The notes below the pieces were generated by a model that was given only the letters and a program-made list of their open reading frames with translations, did not search any database and was not told where the DNA came from. Of a DNA stretch of 64,000 nucleotides, positions 1 through 13,382 are shown in pieces (position 1 is the first letter of the stretch; every line of letters starts with the position of its first letter). The stretch lies in assembly GCF_009914755.1 (NCBI RefSeq), contig NC_060926.1; one strand, written 5' to 3'. A program made the position numbers and the translations under genes. The DNA is from the human T2T-CHM13v2.0 reference genome, Homo sapiens.

Positions 1-399
1 ATGGCCTGGTTTAGAAGCCCATCACACCCAGGCAGACTGCCTCGAGAGCCACATGGTCTTCCCACATCCAGTCCCACCTGCTTAGGTCCACTCTGCACAC
101 AGCAGCCAGGGTGGGCTGCTGACACCATAGTCTCTCCAGATCTCTTGACAACAAAGCACCAGCTTTGTTCACATCGTGCACAGGGTGAACCACAAGCTTC
201 CTTCCTTGGATCACAGAACCCTGAAGTGGACTGCTTCCCCTCCGCTTGAGCCTCTGTTCCTGTCACGCCCACCCTGGTGCCCATTCCCTGGTCACCAGGA
301 GCTTCAGGACCCCCTGCCTCCTGCTTGCACAGGCTCCTCTCCCTTGCTCACCACCCCTGACTCCCTTCCCACACTGGCTCATCCTTCCATACTTTCACA

Positions 400-2110
400 C
401 ACTGCACCTTCTCAGGTGTCACACTCTGCACCCTCCAAGACTTCACACCCTGCACTCTCCCAGCCTTCACTCCCAGCACTTCCCCAGGCTTCACACCCTG
501 CATCCTCCCAGAGTTCACACCCTGCATCCTCCCAGCCTTCATACCCTGAACCCTCGCCTACCTTCACACACTGCACCCTCCCAGGCTTCACACCCAACGC
601 CCTCCCCTACCTTCACACCCTGCACCATCACAGGCTTCACACCTTGCACCCTCCCAGGCTTCACACCCTGCACCCTCCCAAGCTTCACACTGTGCATCCT
701 CCCAGGATTCACACTCTATACCCTACCAGGCTTCACACCCTGCACCTTCCCAGAGTTCACACCCAACACCTCCCCAGGCTTCACACCCTGTACCTCCCAG
801 GTGGCTTCACACCCTGTACCTCCCAGGTTTTACACCCTGCACTCTCCCAGAGTTCACATCCTGCACCCTCCCAAGCTTCACACCCTGCACCTTCCCAGAG
901 TTCATACCCAACACCTCTCCAGGCTTCACACCCTGCACTCTCCCAGACTTCACACCCTGCACCTTCCCAAAATTCACACCCCACACCATCCCAGAGTTCA
1001 CACCCTGCACCCTCACAGGATTCACACTCTACACCCTCCCAGGCTTCACACCCTGCACCTTCCCAGGCTTCACAATCTACACCCTCTCAGGCTTCATTCC
1101 CTGCACCCTCCCAGGCTTCACACCCTGAACCCTCCCAAGCTTCACACCCTGCACCTTCCCTGAGTTCACTCCCAACACCTCCCCAGGCTTCACACCCTGC
1201 ACCTCCCAGGCTTCACACCCTGCACCTCCCAGGCTTCACACCCTGCACCTCCCAGAGTTCACACCCTGTACCCTCCAAGGCTTCACACTCTACTCCCAGG
1301 ATTCATGCCCTACACCCTCCCAGGTTTCACACCCTGCACCCTCACAGGATTCACACTCTACACCTCCCAGGCTTCACACCCTGCACCCTCACAGGATTCA
1401 CACTCTACACCTCCCAGGCTTCACACCCTGCACCTTCCCAGAGTTCACACCCACCACCTCCTCAGGCTACACACCCTGCATCCTCCCAGAGTTCATACCC
1501 GGCACCCTCACAGGCTTCACACTCTACACCCTCCCAGGATTCATGCCCTACACACTCCCAGGTTTCACTCCCTGCAACCTCACAGGATTCACACTCTACA
1601 CCCTCCCAGGATTCACACCCTGCACCTTCCCAGAGTTCACACCCACCACCTCCTCAGGATTCACACACTGCACGCTCCTAGGCTTCACACTCTACACCCT
1701 CTCGGGATTCATGTCCTACACCCTCCTGGGCTTCACACCCTGCACCTTCAGAGTTCACACCCAACACCTCCCCAAGATTCACACCCTGCGCCCTCCCAGG
1801 CTTTACACTCTACACCCTCCTGGGATTCATGCCCTACACCCTCCCAGGCTTCACACCCTGCACCCTCCCCCACCTTCACACTCTGCACACTCCCAGGCCT
1901 CACACCCGACACCCTCCCATGTTTCACACATGCACTCTCCCAGGCTTCACACCCAGCACCTCCCCAGGCTTTATACCCTGAACCCTCCCAGACTTTACCC
2001 CCTGCACTCTCCCAGGCTTCATACCTGGCACCATCCCAGGTGTCACACCTATACCCTTCCAGGCTTCACACCCTGCACCCTCCCAGGCTTCACACTCTGC
2101 ACCCTCCCTG
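400..2110. repeat. Large degenerate C-rich minisatellite, ~24-bp unit (cccaggcttcacaccctgcaccct), ~70 copies
   Basis: Unit visible throughout. It produces the repetitive ORFs SHPAPSQA / LHTLHPPR / FTPCTLPG in the three + frames. Confidence 0.95.
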
Positions 2111-3481
2111 GCCCCAGGAAGCTTTTCCTGAATGGACCAGGGGGCCTGGTGTCCTGCCAAGCTCTCATACATCTGTGCCCATCTCCAAGGTAGAACCTGC
2201 CTAACTCACCTGTCGCCTTAGGAAACACAGGGCTCTCTTTGAGGACTGTGCTCTCTTAGGAGAGGCTGCATCAAAACCCACACCCATCTGTTTATCTTCA
2301 GTGCCTGGCAAACCGAAGAACAAATGATGAACATCCCACAAAGATTTGCTGAACTCAGCCTGGAGTAAACAAGAACTCAAAGAAGGTCAAGAACTAGAGC
2401 TGTTGCCAAATCTCAATAAGTGCAGCCCACCACAGGGCAGTCACTAATTTTGCGACATTGATTCAGAGCCTGCTATACTCCACCACATAGCTGCTACAAA
2501 CCACTGCCTGCTCTGGGGGCTGTTATCACATACCCGCCTCCCCAGAGTAGAAACTCTCTGAGATCAACACCTGCCTTACGTATCTCTGCACCTCCAGGCC
2601 CCTCCAGTGCCTGGCCTAGAGCACCCGCACGTGCATGCTCACAGAGTCACAGCCACAATGATGGGTGCATCCCAAAGTTGCCCTTTCTCTTTGCATCTTC
2701 ATGCAGACAAGAGGAGAATTCACTTCCGTCATCAGTGACACTTGGTGTGGGAGCTGCCCTGGGTCCATTAGCAGGATTGACATTCATGCCGCCTCCCTCC
2801 CAGGTGACTTGGATCAGGCACTGGCATTTCCCGAGCGGCGACCTCAGGGTTCTAATTGCCGCCACCTTCAACCCACCCCAACTCCATCACAGCCCAGCAG
2901 GTGCCATGCTCACAGCTCAGGAGTGACAGCCACGTTTGACATGGAGGTCTGGTAACTTCTCTGCACCGCATTCCACCCATGATTACATAATTAATATCTG
3001 ACACAGTTCACTCACTGACACACAATCTGCTGCAACTCCAGACGTTACTACTTATGGCTCAATCTTTGCAGGATTCATTAGGTTTGGTTGTTCATAGAAT
3101 CTGCTTAATTTCCAGCTATGCCCTGTCCTGTTAGAAAAAAATTATAATCTGTAACAATTACACAGTTCAGTTGTTTAATGGAAAGTAGATTTGTCATAAT
3201 TCTTTTGCGAAAAATGGCTTCACCTCCAGAGAATGCATTGCATTCCTGCAGTCCCTGCAATGGCCCTGAGGCTCCCACGTCTCCCAGCTGTGGAGGGTCC
3301 AGCCTGGCATCGCTCACCACACCCAGTTTCTTCCTCCACCAGGGGAGTCTATCCCTGAACAAGTGCTGGTGGAGCATTTTATATGGAAAGTCACTTATGA
3401 TGGACATTAAATGAGCTATGTGCAGAAAGGACGCCATGCCTAAGTAGGTTGGAGAGAGATTCAATTTTAAAATGAAATATA

Positions 3482-3493
3482 TGTGTGTGTGTA

Positions 3494-3562
<69 letters not shown>
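3482..3562. repeat. Compound (TG)n(TA)n microsatellite
   Basis: Direct reading. Confidence 0.97.
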
Positions 3563-3565
<3 letters not shown>

Positions 3566-4429
3566 GGGTAACGCTTATCAAAGTTTTACTATGCAAAGTC
3601 TCAATATTTGGGACTTCCTGAGAGGGGAGTACAGGGTGCAGTTCTGAGCAAACCTGCCTGTCTCCAGAAGCCCCTCTCCCTTTGCCTTAGGACAGCTGGT
3701 GGGACCGGCTCTGGGCATCTCTCAGGATCCGGCACTGAACTCTCTCCACTCACGTTCAGAGGGAGACACAACACATAAGCAACGATGGTGCATCCTCCTC
3801 CACCATGGAGCGTTCTTTCAACAAAAAGAAGTTATCTCATTCATTCATTTGTCCACCTGGTACTTCCTGAGCCACTTCTATATGCCCATGGGAGATGTTT
3901 TAGGCTGGGTTCTCTGGAGGTTTTCTGAAGCAGAGGTCTGTGTGCAAGCGTTCACCAGGGAAGTGCTTCCTGAGGAAGTCTGTGAGACAGCAGAGGACGC
4001 AGTTGGAGGTGGAGAAAGCCAAATGCAGGGTGACCGAGGCAGAGCCCCACGGAGGGTGGCTCCAGCTGAACCAGCCAGGCCCTAGCAGGCCAGGCATATG
4101 CGGTTCCTCTGAGGCCTGGGATGGGCTCCTGTACCTCTGTAGGAAGGTCTGAAAGCCAGAAGCCAGAAGGAAAATTTAAACTACAAGCACTTGGAGGACC
4201 ACTGCTCTCAGTGTTCCCAGGGCATGGGATACGGGCTCCCAAGGGTTCTCGGCTCTGCACTGGAGAAGCAGCAGGCCCAGGAGCCCCAGAAGGCCTCTGA
4301 GAATGACCTGCAGCCCCTGTAGCAGCTGGGGGACATGCACCATGGTGGGTGCCTTCACCCTGCCCTGCCTGTCTCAGCTGCTCTACTCAGAACCTCGGTT
4401 CATCTTCTCACCCCAGTCAACCTTCAAGT

Positions 4430-4510
4430 TGGCCTTAGCACAGCATCTGGCATAGAGTAAGTGAGTGACCAGGGTTTTGAGGGAATGAATGAATGAATGA
4501 ATGAATGATG
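4430..4510 (+). mobile_element. L2 3' end with (GAAT)n tail
   Basis: agcacagcatctggcatagagtaag followed by (gaat)n is typical of an L2 terminus. Confidence 0.6.
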
Positions 4511-5235
4511 ATGGAATGGATAGACAAGTCTATCATGTTGCACCTGTGGCGAATGCCTTCTATAGCTCCCTACAGGGAGAGGCAACAGAGCCACTTTTCA
4601 TTGGGAGCAGTCCCTGAAGACAGACTACCAACCAATGACACATCCTCATTCCCCATGTGACCTCGAGCAAGGGCCTTAGCATCTGCGTCTGTTCTCTCAC
4701 CTGTGAAGGAGCCATTTGATGAGTGACCCCTGGAAAGTACTCAGAAGAGCAGACACTCAGCAGACACCATCATGGCCATCACCTCCCCCCATCCAAAAAG
4801 AAACACAGAGCAGCTCTCACAGGCAGCCTCTGAGGCTTTCTGCTGTCACCTTTGGCTCCTATGCCCCCATCCCCTTCCCATACAAAGTGGACTTTCCCAA
4901 CTGGACAGCTCATGGCTTCTTGGACAAATCCTGGGTGTGCTGACAGCCCTGCCCTCATGCCATACTCTTTCTGTGCTCAATTTTGAATTATTTCTATTCC
5001 CTCTCCCTATACAGCCTCCTTCCTAAACTCGGCCTTTCCCAACTAAAACTCATCTGTTCCCCTTCCAGGTCAGCACAGTCTGACCCTCTCCCACGTCACA
5101 AATCATATTTGGATGCAATTGTTGTGCTCATCTTCTCTCTAAATCCTCTGTGCCTTCCACCAAGGTACCTCACACATCCCAGACTCAGGAATGGGGCAGG
5201 AGCAGGCAGAAGGGGTCTGTGGCTGTACATGGTGT

Positions 5236-5833
5236 TCAGTGTGGTGATTCCTCAAGGATCTAGAACTAGAAACACCATTTGATCCAGCCATCCCATTACT
5301 GGGTATATACCCAGAGGATTATAAATCATGCTGCTATAAAGACACATGCACACGTATGTTTATTGTGGCATTATTCACAGTAGCAAAGACTTGGAACCAA
5401 CCCAAATGTCCATCAATGATAGACTGGATTAAGAAAATGTGGCACATATACACCATGGAATACTATGCAGCCATATAAAAGGATGAGTTCATGTTCTTTG
5501 TAGGGACATGGATGAAGCTGGAAACCATCATTCTCAGCAGACTATCGCAAGGACAAAAAACCAAACACCGCATGTTCCCACTCATAGATGGGAATTGAAC
5601 AATGAGAACACATGGACACAGGAAGGGGAACATCACACACCGGGGCCTGTTGTGGGGTGGGGGGAGGGGGGGGGATAGCATTAGGAGATATACCTATTGT
5701 AAATGATGGGTTAATGGGTGCAGCACACCAACATGGCACATGTATACATATGTAACTAACCTGCACATTGTACACATGTACCCTAGAACTTAAAGTATAA
5801 TTAAAAAAAGAAAAAATATAAAAATAAAAAAAA
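5236..5833 (+). mobile_element. 5'-truncated L1 (L1PA3/L1PA4-like): ORF2 end, 3'UTR and A-tail
   Basis: ctcaaggatctagaactagaa...gacacatgcacacgtatgtttattg...G-rich tract...ccctagaacttaaagtataat plus an A-rich tail. Confidence 0.95.
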
Positions 5834-6454
5834 GGAAACAAGAAAATGACTTGGGGCTTTGTAAGTTAGGAAGAGAACTTTAGGTCTAATTTAAGGTAAA
5901 AATAAAGCCTTCAAGTGCTTTAAGCAGAAAAGCAACATGGCCTGGTTTGTGCTTTTGAGCAGCTTCCAGGCACTAAGGGACAAGGGCTGTGGCAAGACAC
6001 AGTGAGAAGGAAGAGAGAGAGGAAGTGTCCAGGGGAAGGCTCGGCCAGACGGTGGACACTCCCTAGAGGGCTCAGTCAGACAGTGGCAATGGTGGTTTAG
6101 GCAAAGGGTGGCTGTGGAGATGGATAAAAGATGAGACGATGACCTAGAATATTGGCGGCAGGTGTCACAGGAATGGTGGATGCATTTTAACCTGAGAATG
6201 ACAAGCAGTTTTCAGTTTGCACAGCTGAGAGGATGCTGAGAACTGTTAGAGCTGAGGAAGCATGGAGGGGAGGAAGTTTTGCTTATGTCGGGGAGTGGGA
6301 GGATAGATCCACTGAAGTCTGACAGCCACCCATCCACTTTCAGGACAGTGTGAGAGGCGGCATTGCCCGGTGTCTGTGGCTGGGAGCAAACAGCGGCTCC
6401 AGGCTCTATTCTGCCCCTCGGTGGGTGACCCTGAGCAACCGCCCAATGTGTGTG

Positions 6455-6722
6455 CTCGGTGGTCCTGTCTGGGGTGGTGCATCCCATGCAGAAATGACAC
6501 TCCTCTTCACTCGGTGGCCCTGTCTGGGTGGTGCATCCCATGCAGACGCTCAGTGGCCTTTTCTGGGGCGGTGCATTCCATGCAGATGCTCAGTGGCCCT
6601 TTCTGGGGTGATGCATCCCACGCAGATGCTCGGTGGCCCTTTCTGGGGTGGTGCATCCCACGCAGATGCTCGGTGGCCGTGTCTGGGTGGTGCATCCCAC
6701 GCAGAGATGACACTCCTCTTCC
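6455..6722. repeat. Minisatellite, ~40-bp unit (ctcggtggccctttctggggtggtgcatcccacgcagatg), 6 units
   Basis: Unit starts at ~6455, 6510, 6549, 6589, 6629, 6669. Confidence 0.93.
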
Positions 6723-6960
6723 ATGAGATCACCATCGGTGCCTGAAACATCACAGTTCAATAGTCGAGTGCAGTATAGGGTGGAGATATTGAGGCAGAGC
6801 TGAAGCTTCATAAGTGGGTTAGATTCATCATGTTTTACACAAAGACTTGCACTAGAGACCTTTGATTGGAATGAGAAGGAGGACGTGGCTCCACTAAGGA
6901 GAAGCTTCCTATGAGAAGCAATGAGGCATCAGGAAGGGGAAGAAAGCACGGATTGCAGTG

Positions 6961-7188
6961 GAACTCAACAGCTAAGAAGACAGGGAGGAAAGAGCCATGA
7001 AACCATGAGGAGACAGATGAACTCAACAGCTAAGAAGACAGGGAGGAAAGAGCCATGAAACCATGAGGAGACAGATGAACTCAACAGCTAAGAAGACAGG
7101 GAGGAAAGAGCCATGAAACCATGAGGAGACAGATGAACTCAACAGCTAAGAAGACAGGGAGGAAAGAGCCATGAAACCATGAGGAGAC
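6961..7188. repeat. Perfect 58-bp tandem repeat, ~3.9 copies
   Basis: gaactcaacagctaagaagacagggaggaaagagccatgaaaccatgaggagacagat starts at 6961, 7019, 7077, 7135. Confidence 0.97.
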
Positions 7189-7195
7189 GGACTCA

Positions 7196-7790
<595 letters not shown>

Positions 7791-10033
7791 AGAAATTCCA
7801 TGAAGACTAAATTCAACAGTGCGCCCATCACATCCAGCCTAGCAGATGACAAGTACTGCTTTATGTGAGCCAGTTTACCGTAGTCATGTGCAGTTTATAA
7901 AAATTTTCAATAATAGCAAAAAATGCATTTTTTTTCACTGGCAACCCTTAGGCCTTCAAAACATTCTGCTTCTCAGAATGTTCATTGAATTGCAGTCAAC
8001 CAAAATTCTTCTGTGCACCCCAGTTTCACTTCAGGATCCCGCAGAAGCAGGCCCCCTCATGAGGAGGGTGCTTTGGGGGCCTGCATGGTGGGTGTACACA
8101 GCAGACATGAGCTCTGAGTTCCAATCCCGGCTCAGCATGAACACGGAGGATGTCCCAGGATGCACAGCTTGGTCACAGTGATAAGAGCCAGCCTTGACGA
8201 TGGCCCGTGGCCGGCCCCATGCACCACCGGGATTTACAGAGACACAAAGCTGATCCCTATCACAGCCCAAGATCTCTGTTTTGCAGATGAGGAAGCCGAG
8301 ATTAAATTAGGTGACCTGTGCAGAGTCGGAATTCAGGATGTGGCAGAGGTGAGGCTTGAGTCGGCGAGGTCGGCCAGGCTCTGCAAGGAGTTCTCTTTGG
8401 TGTGACACATTCAGCTTTCATCCATTTGTGGAACTCACACTCTGGCAGGCACAGTGCCAGACGATGTGGCAGCGCCCTCACAGAGCCCGGCTTCCAGCAA
8501 GAGACAGGCAGCTCGGCCAGGCCAGCGCCATCCGGACGTTTGATAAGTATCAATTGACAGTCAGGGAATGCTCAGCAGAAAGAATTCAAACAGAATAGCA
8601 AGGTTCTGGGAAGACTTCCTTTCTAAGAGGATGTTTTTGAAAACCTAAGAGTCTTTAGCAAATTGAATAGTGCATGCAAAGGGCCCTTGAAACCATATGC
8701 TTTCCTCAGCCGCCTCAGGTGCAGAACACAAGAACACAGGCCTCCAAGGTGTGTGCCTGACTCTAGGACCAAGCTGAAAATAAAATGGATCAAAAGTCCA
8801 CTCAGGGTGAATGTGAGATCTCTCCTCTCATGACTCTTACCGAGCAGTTGTCAAGGGCTGAAAAGAAAAACTCCACAAGCACTTAATTCCCCAGTGGGAG
8901 CCCTAGGGACACACTGCAGGTGGCAATGAGAACAGGCCTGCCTAGGCCCTCCTGCTGCCACCCTAACCCTTTAAATTAGAAAGACAAAGCTTGTAATCTG
9001 AGACGAAAGGCGATTGCCCCAGCCTCTGAGGCTCTAGAATACTCAGACTTGCAGGCCAGCATCAGCATCTAGGCTGTCACCCTCAGGCAGATTTCTGAGT
9101 CTCCATGTGAAGCAGGAAGCCACAGGGAGGTGGCTCACAGGTCCCCACTGAGGCCCCAAATGATGACCTGTGCCTTAATCTGTTTTCCAAATTCCATTTG
9201 TGGGAGTTCCAGTGAGCAACTCTCTTTCCTGTGGGGGTAACTTATCAGCCTCTCATCCTCCTGTGGTAGCTCCAGGGTTATGGAGCAGCCTCCCGCTGCT
9301 GACCTGAACTGCCCACATAATCTCCCAACAGGAGTGACCTTATTTAGGTGATAGAACCTTATAACGTAAATCACTGGAGGATGGCCTATATGAACATGAC
9401 AGATAGCATATTTTCTGTCAACTACACCATGAACCAGTTTTCCACCCATTTTTTTTTTAGATCAGAAATAAATGGAAAAGTGGAAGATCTTGTAAGATAT
9501 TCCTGTAAGTGGTGACTGAGCGTCTACTCCACGGGAAGCACAGTGACTCCTGAGTGCCGTCTGAGTGTGGAGGAGCTCGTGCTCTACAGGAAAAGGAAAA
9601 CTCAGGGCAGAACCAACACGGTGCAGGGCAGGGCACTCCCACGGTCTGCTGAGAGGCCCAGCGCAACCCTGAATTGAGAGGAGGATGAGAAATCTCATTC
9701 CTGACCAGAGAATCAGGACAGGCCCGCAGCAGGCACTCACGGCCTTATGACAGCTGACCTCTGGAATTACGAGAACTCAACTGAATTTCACTAAAAGTTT
9801 CACCTCTGGAAGAGTTCGTCGATCCCCGGCCAGTTAATGAGGAACACGCCCTTACATTTGTAGATGTCTAAAGAAAATGTGCTTGGGAAACAACTCACAT
9901 CAGAAACCCAAATCTCATGAAAATGCACGAGGCTTCTTGTTGACGGTCCCCATAGGAAACAAATGCTCTTTTCACCGAACAACTCGTTTCCGGGCTGCCA
10001 CCACATTGTCACGCTCTTGGACTAGCTCACCCC

Positions 10034-10991
10034 GATGGGGTGCTGTGCTGCAAGGTAGGGGCTGGGAGTCTTATCAGGAGGTGATGTTCCAGCTGGTCTG
10101 GAAGCCTGAATCAGACAGGAAGCATAGAACATCTCTCAATGGCATGAGGCAGAGGTGGCTGCACCTGCAGGTACAGCCGGAAAGGTAGGGCTTGAGTGTT
10201 CCAGGTTCTACAACTAGCACACCCCCATGGAAGCAAAGAATAAACAATGATCTTCTGGTCTGAATATAACGACCTTGCGCCTGGGTTACCGAGACTATGC
10301 CAAGTTCCTGCTGGTGCTCACAGGTGGGAAAGGGATCTGCACTGGGACAGGTATCCTAAGAGCGACTTGGGAGGAATGAAAATGACCCAGAGAGGTGCAG
10401 TGTGGAAGAACCATGAGCATGGGTTTTCAGGAGGCTCACTGGTTCCTCATGCTTCCAGAGGAGGAAGCATTTGTTCTGTGGCATTTATGGGCCCAGGGAA
10501 GGACATGGATCATTTCCACCCAGAGCACAGCTGGCAGGAGCCTTTCCCTTTCCCGGGTTTGGGTACAAAGAGGCTCCTCCTTGCCTAGAGGAACCATCTT
10601 CTAAGCCCCAACTCCTCTCCTCCACATGCTCGCAGCAGGCCTCCTCTTCACCCTGTGGGTGCCCAGCCGCCACCCCTGGGGCTCCCTCGAAGAGCCCTGT
10701 CTTTCCTCTCTCTTCTCACTGTGACCAAGCATGACCCGACCATGAATTTCTAGCCAAACTCGCCTGCTCCTGAAGACTTTGCTGGCAAAAGCAGCCCGCA
10801 GGATTTGCTCTGCCCAGAACCTGGAACACTCAAGCCCTGCCTTTCTGGCTGTACCTGCAGGTGCAGCCACCTCTGCCTCATGCCATTGAGAGATGTTCTA
10901 TGCTTCCTGTCTGATTCAGGCTTCCAGACCAGCTGGAACATCATCTCCTGATAAGACTCCCAGCCCCTACCCGGCAGCACAGTGCCCCATC
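10034..10991. repeat. Inverted repeat pair: arms 10034-10209 and 10816-10991 (176 bp, ~7 mismatches), 606-bp spacer
   Basis: Manual reverse-complement alignment. The ORF track also shows the same peptide (GWESYQE.MFQLVWKPESDRKHRTSLNGMRQRWLHLQVQPER) on opposite strands. Confidence 0.95.
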
Positions 10992-11870
10992 CTTCCCCCT
11001 TCCTGGATTCTGCAGCTCGGCTCTCCTATGTTGCATCTCACACCATGAGTCACAACATAACGTGACCCACATGTATGCATCTCCTGGAGCACAGGGAGCT
11101 TGTCCTGTTCTCTGGGGGCTGCCCTGTGGTCCAGCAGGTGCCTGACACACAATAGATGCTCAGTAAATGTTAACGCCCCCATGCAGATGGAAGAGGCTTT
11201 GCATTTAAGAAGCAAGTCACGATCCACACAACTTAGTTAGAAGCCCTGTGTGTTACGGGGGACTGAAATGCACCATCTGAGGTTCACAGCAGGATCCATG
11301 AGCAGGAAGTACCTGCAGCTCAGGCCTGTGAGGGAAGAGCCATGCCTCCCACAGGGCTTCTCTAAGAAACACACAACCGTGAGCCGAGCCCATCCCACAA
11401 ACCTGGTGTTTCATAAACCCAAATGAGATCGAGTCGTCAGCATGTGGTTTGTTGGAGTCACGGCGACCAGAAGAACACTCATCTCTCAACAGTCATGAAG
11501 ATTTTCTCCAAACTCACAAAGTCCCAAAGTTTTTCTATATGGCCATGGACACCACTTAAAGTCTCTGACATTTTCTACCTAAAAGATAAGATTAAGAGGA
11601 GATGGAGGGGTGGACCGCATTACCACGTAGCCAGTTCCACACTGCCTTGCTCTGCCTATGACAGAGGAACACTTCCCCGCACCGGGGATCCTGAGCTCAG
11701 CAGTGGCTGTGCTTGGGCAGATGGGACCGAAGTGAATACACTCCAGACCACATCCCAGCAGTGGTGTGGCTGAGCCTCTTGTCCAGTGCTCCCCCATGGA
11801 AAACACACACGGGACTGACCCCAGTCCAGAGCAGAGGCGCCAGAACCTGCACAAACCCCAAATGGTGCTA

Positions 11871-12014
11871 GATCCGTGTTGGGCAGCTCCAGGTGTGAGC
11901 ATCACCACGATGGAGCAGGGCACAGGGAGAGCTCATGTTTGGATCCGTGTTGGGCAGCTCCCAGGTGTGAGCGTCACCACGATGGAGCAGGGCACAGGGA
12001 GATCTCATGTTTGG
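11871..12014. repeat. Tandem duplication of ~71 bp (2 copies)
   Basis: gatccgtgttgggcagctcc...cacagggagagctcatgtttg at 11871 and 11942. Confidence 0.93.
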
Positions 12015-13382
12015 GATAAGGCAGTGAATCCGGAGGAGGCCTGCAGAGCAGACATAAGGCATCGCATCGAGGGGCAGGCATGCTGTGGCTCACTGACTTG
12101 CAGTAATGCCCCTGGCTGCGGAACCTCCCAGAAGCGCAGCCGTGTGGACACTGCAGACCTAGGTGCAAGCAATCATCTTTGCAACGGCGAGAGTAAATGC
12201 TGACAATTAAGTTCATGTGTTTTACCAAACAGGATCCAAGATAAGTAACTCATCTCAAAGACCAGGATCTATTCATCTGAGAGCCCTGTCTCTGACCATT
12301 AGACCAACTGGCCCCTTCATGCTTCCAGAAGACGGTGCAGTCAGAGACGCCATTCTCAGGCCCCGTGTAGGTGGCCGAGTCTGTCTGCCCCACTCTTCTC
12401 TTCCCTTCTCCTGCAAGGGCTGTGAGCAGCAGGACCTAGTCATCCCGCTGCACTTTGCAGAGCGCTCCCCCTCCAGGTGAGGAACACAGGGGGGGGGACA
12501 CACCCTCAGCATCAGGCTCACACTCGGCGGGGCTCCTGAGTCCATCCCCAGGAGTGGACAGGTGGTATGGGAGGGGGCTCCAGAGGCCAGCAGCCTCGGA
12601 CTCTCAGATACACCCCGTGAGGCCAGGGTGTGACCAGCCTCGCTGAGGCTGGCCAGCCACGTTAGACGCCACCACGCAGCATCTTTCTCTGTTACGCTTT
12701 GACACACGATGTGCTGATTGGACTCCAAACAACAGCCAATTTGGAATGGAAACACTCTTGTATTTTTAAATGAAATAATATTAATTTGGACAGTGAGCGT
12801 ATGATCAGAATTCCTTCTAAATATTTACATTGAGTGCCTGGGGAAGAAAGAGACCTGGTTAATTGTAATTAATCATGGATAATTCATTACTTACAGTATC
12901 CAGCATGGCTGGGGCTCTGCTAGGCTCAGGATCCTAAAAGCCTGCAGACTCCAAGCTGAACCCAATGTAGTGAAGGTGGCATTGCCCTGGGTGCTGCCTG
13001 ACAATGACAAAAAGGAAGCAGGGGTGGGCACAGCCTCCCATGCCCGTCACCCTCCTGGGTGTTATTCATTCTGAGATATCGCAGGGTCCAGGACCCAGAG
13101 GGGAGCAGCGGGTCAGGACACAGTTGCCAGGATGCCCCTGGAGACCTCTCCTCATGCCGAGTCCCTGGAAGGGAGGCTTCTCCCAGGACCTCCATCCTCC
13201 CTGCCCCTGCTTGAGGAGCTGGGGCAGAAACGGGGCTGAGCATCCTCATATTCCATGCAGAGGAATCTAATTTACTAATGCAGGAGTGGCTGGCCTGGAA
13301 GGAAGAGCACAGTGGCTGGAAGGATAGGGCCTGGCTGGACATGGAGAGCGGAACTGACAGGGGCGGAGGAAGGAAACCTGCA

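Noticed and set aside
176-2204. Long mucin-like ORFs (501, 305, 299, 216 aa)
   Set aside because: Open in all frames because the C-rich repeat lacks stops. Indels shift frame freely and there is no signal peptide or splice context.
9449-9510. Possible micro-exon (poly-T-ag ... gtaagt)
   Set aside because: Such signals occur often by chance, and there are no partner exons or recognisable peptide.
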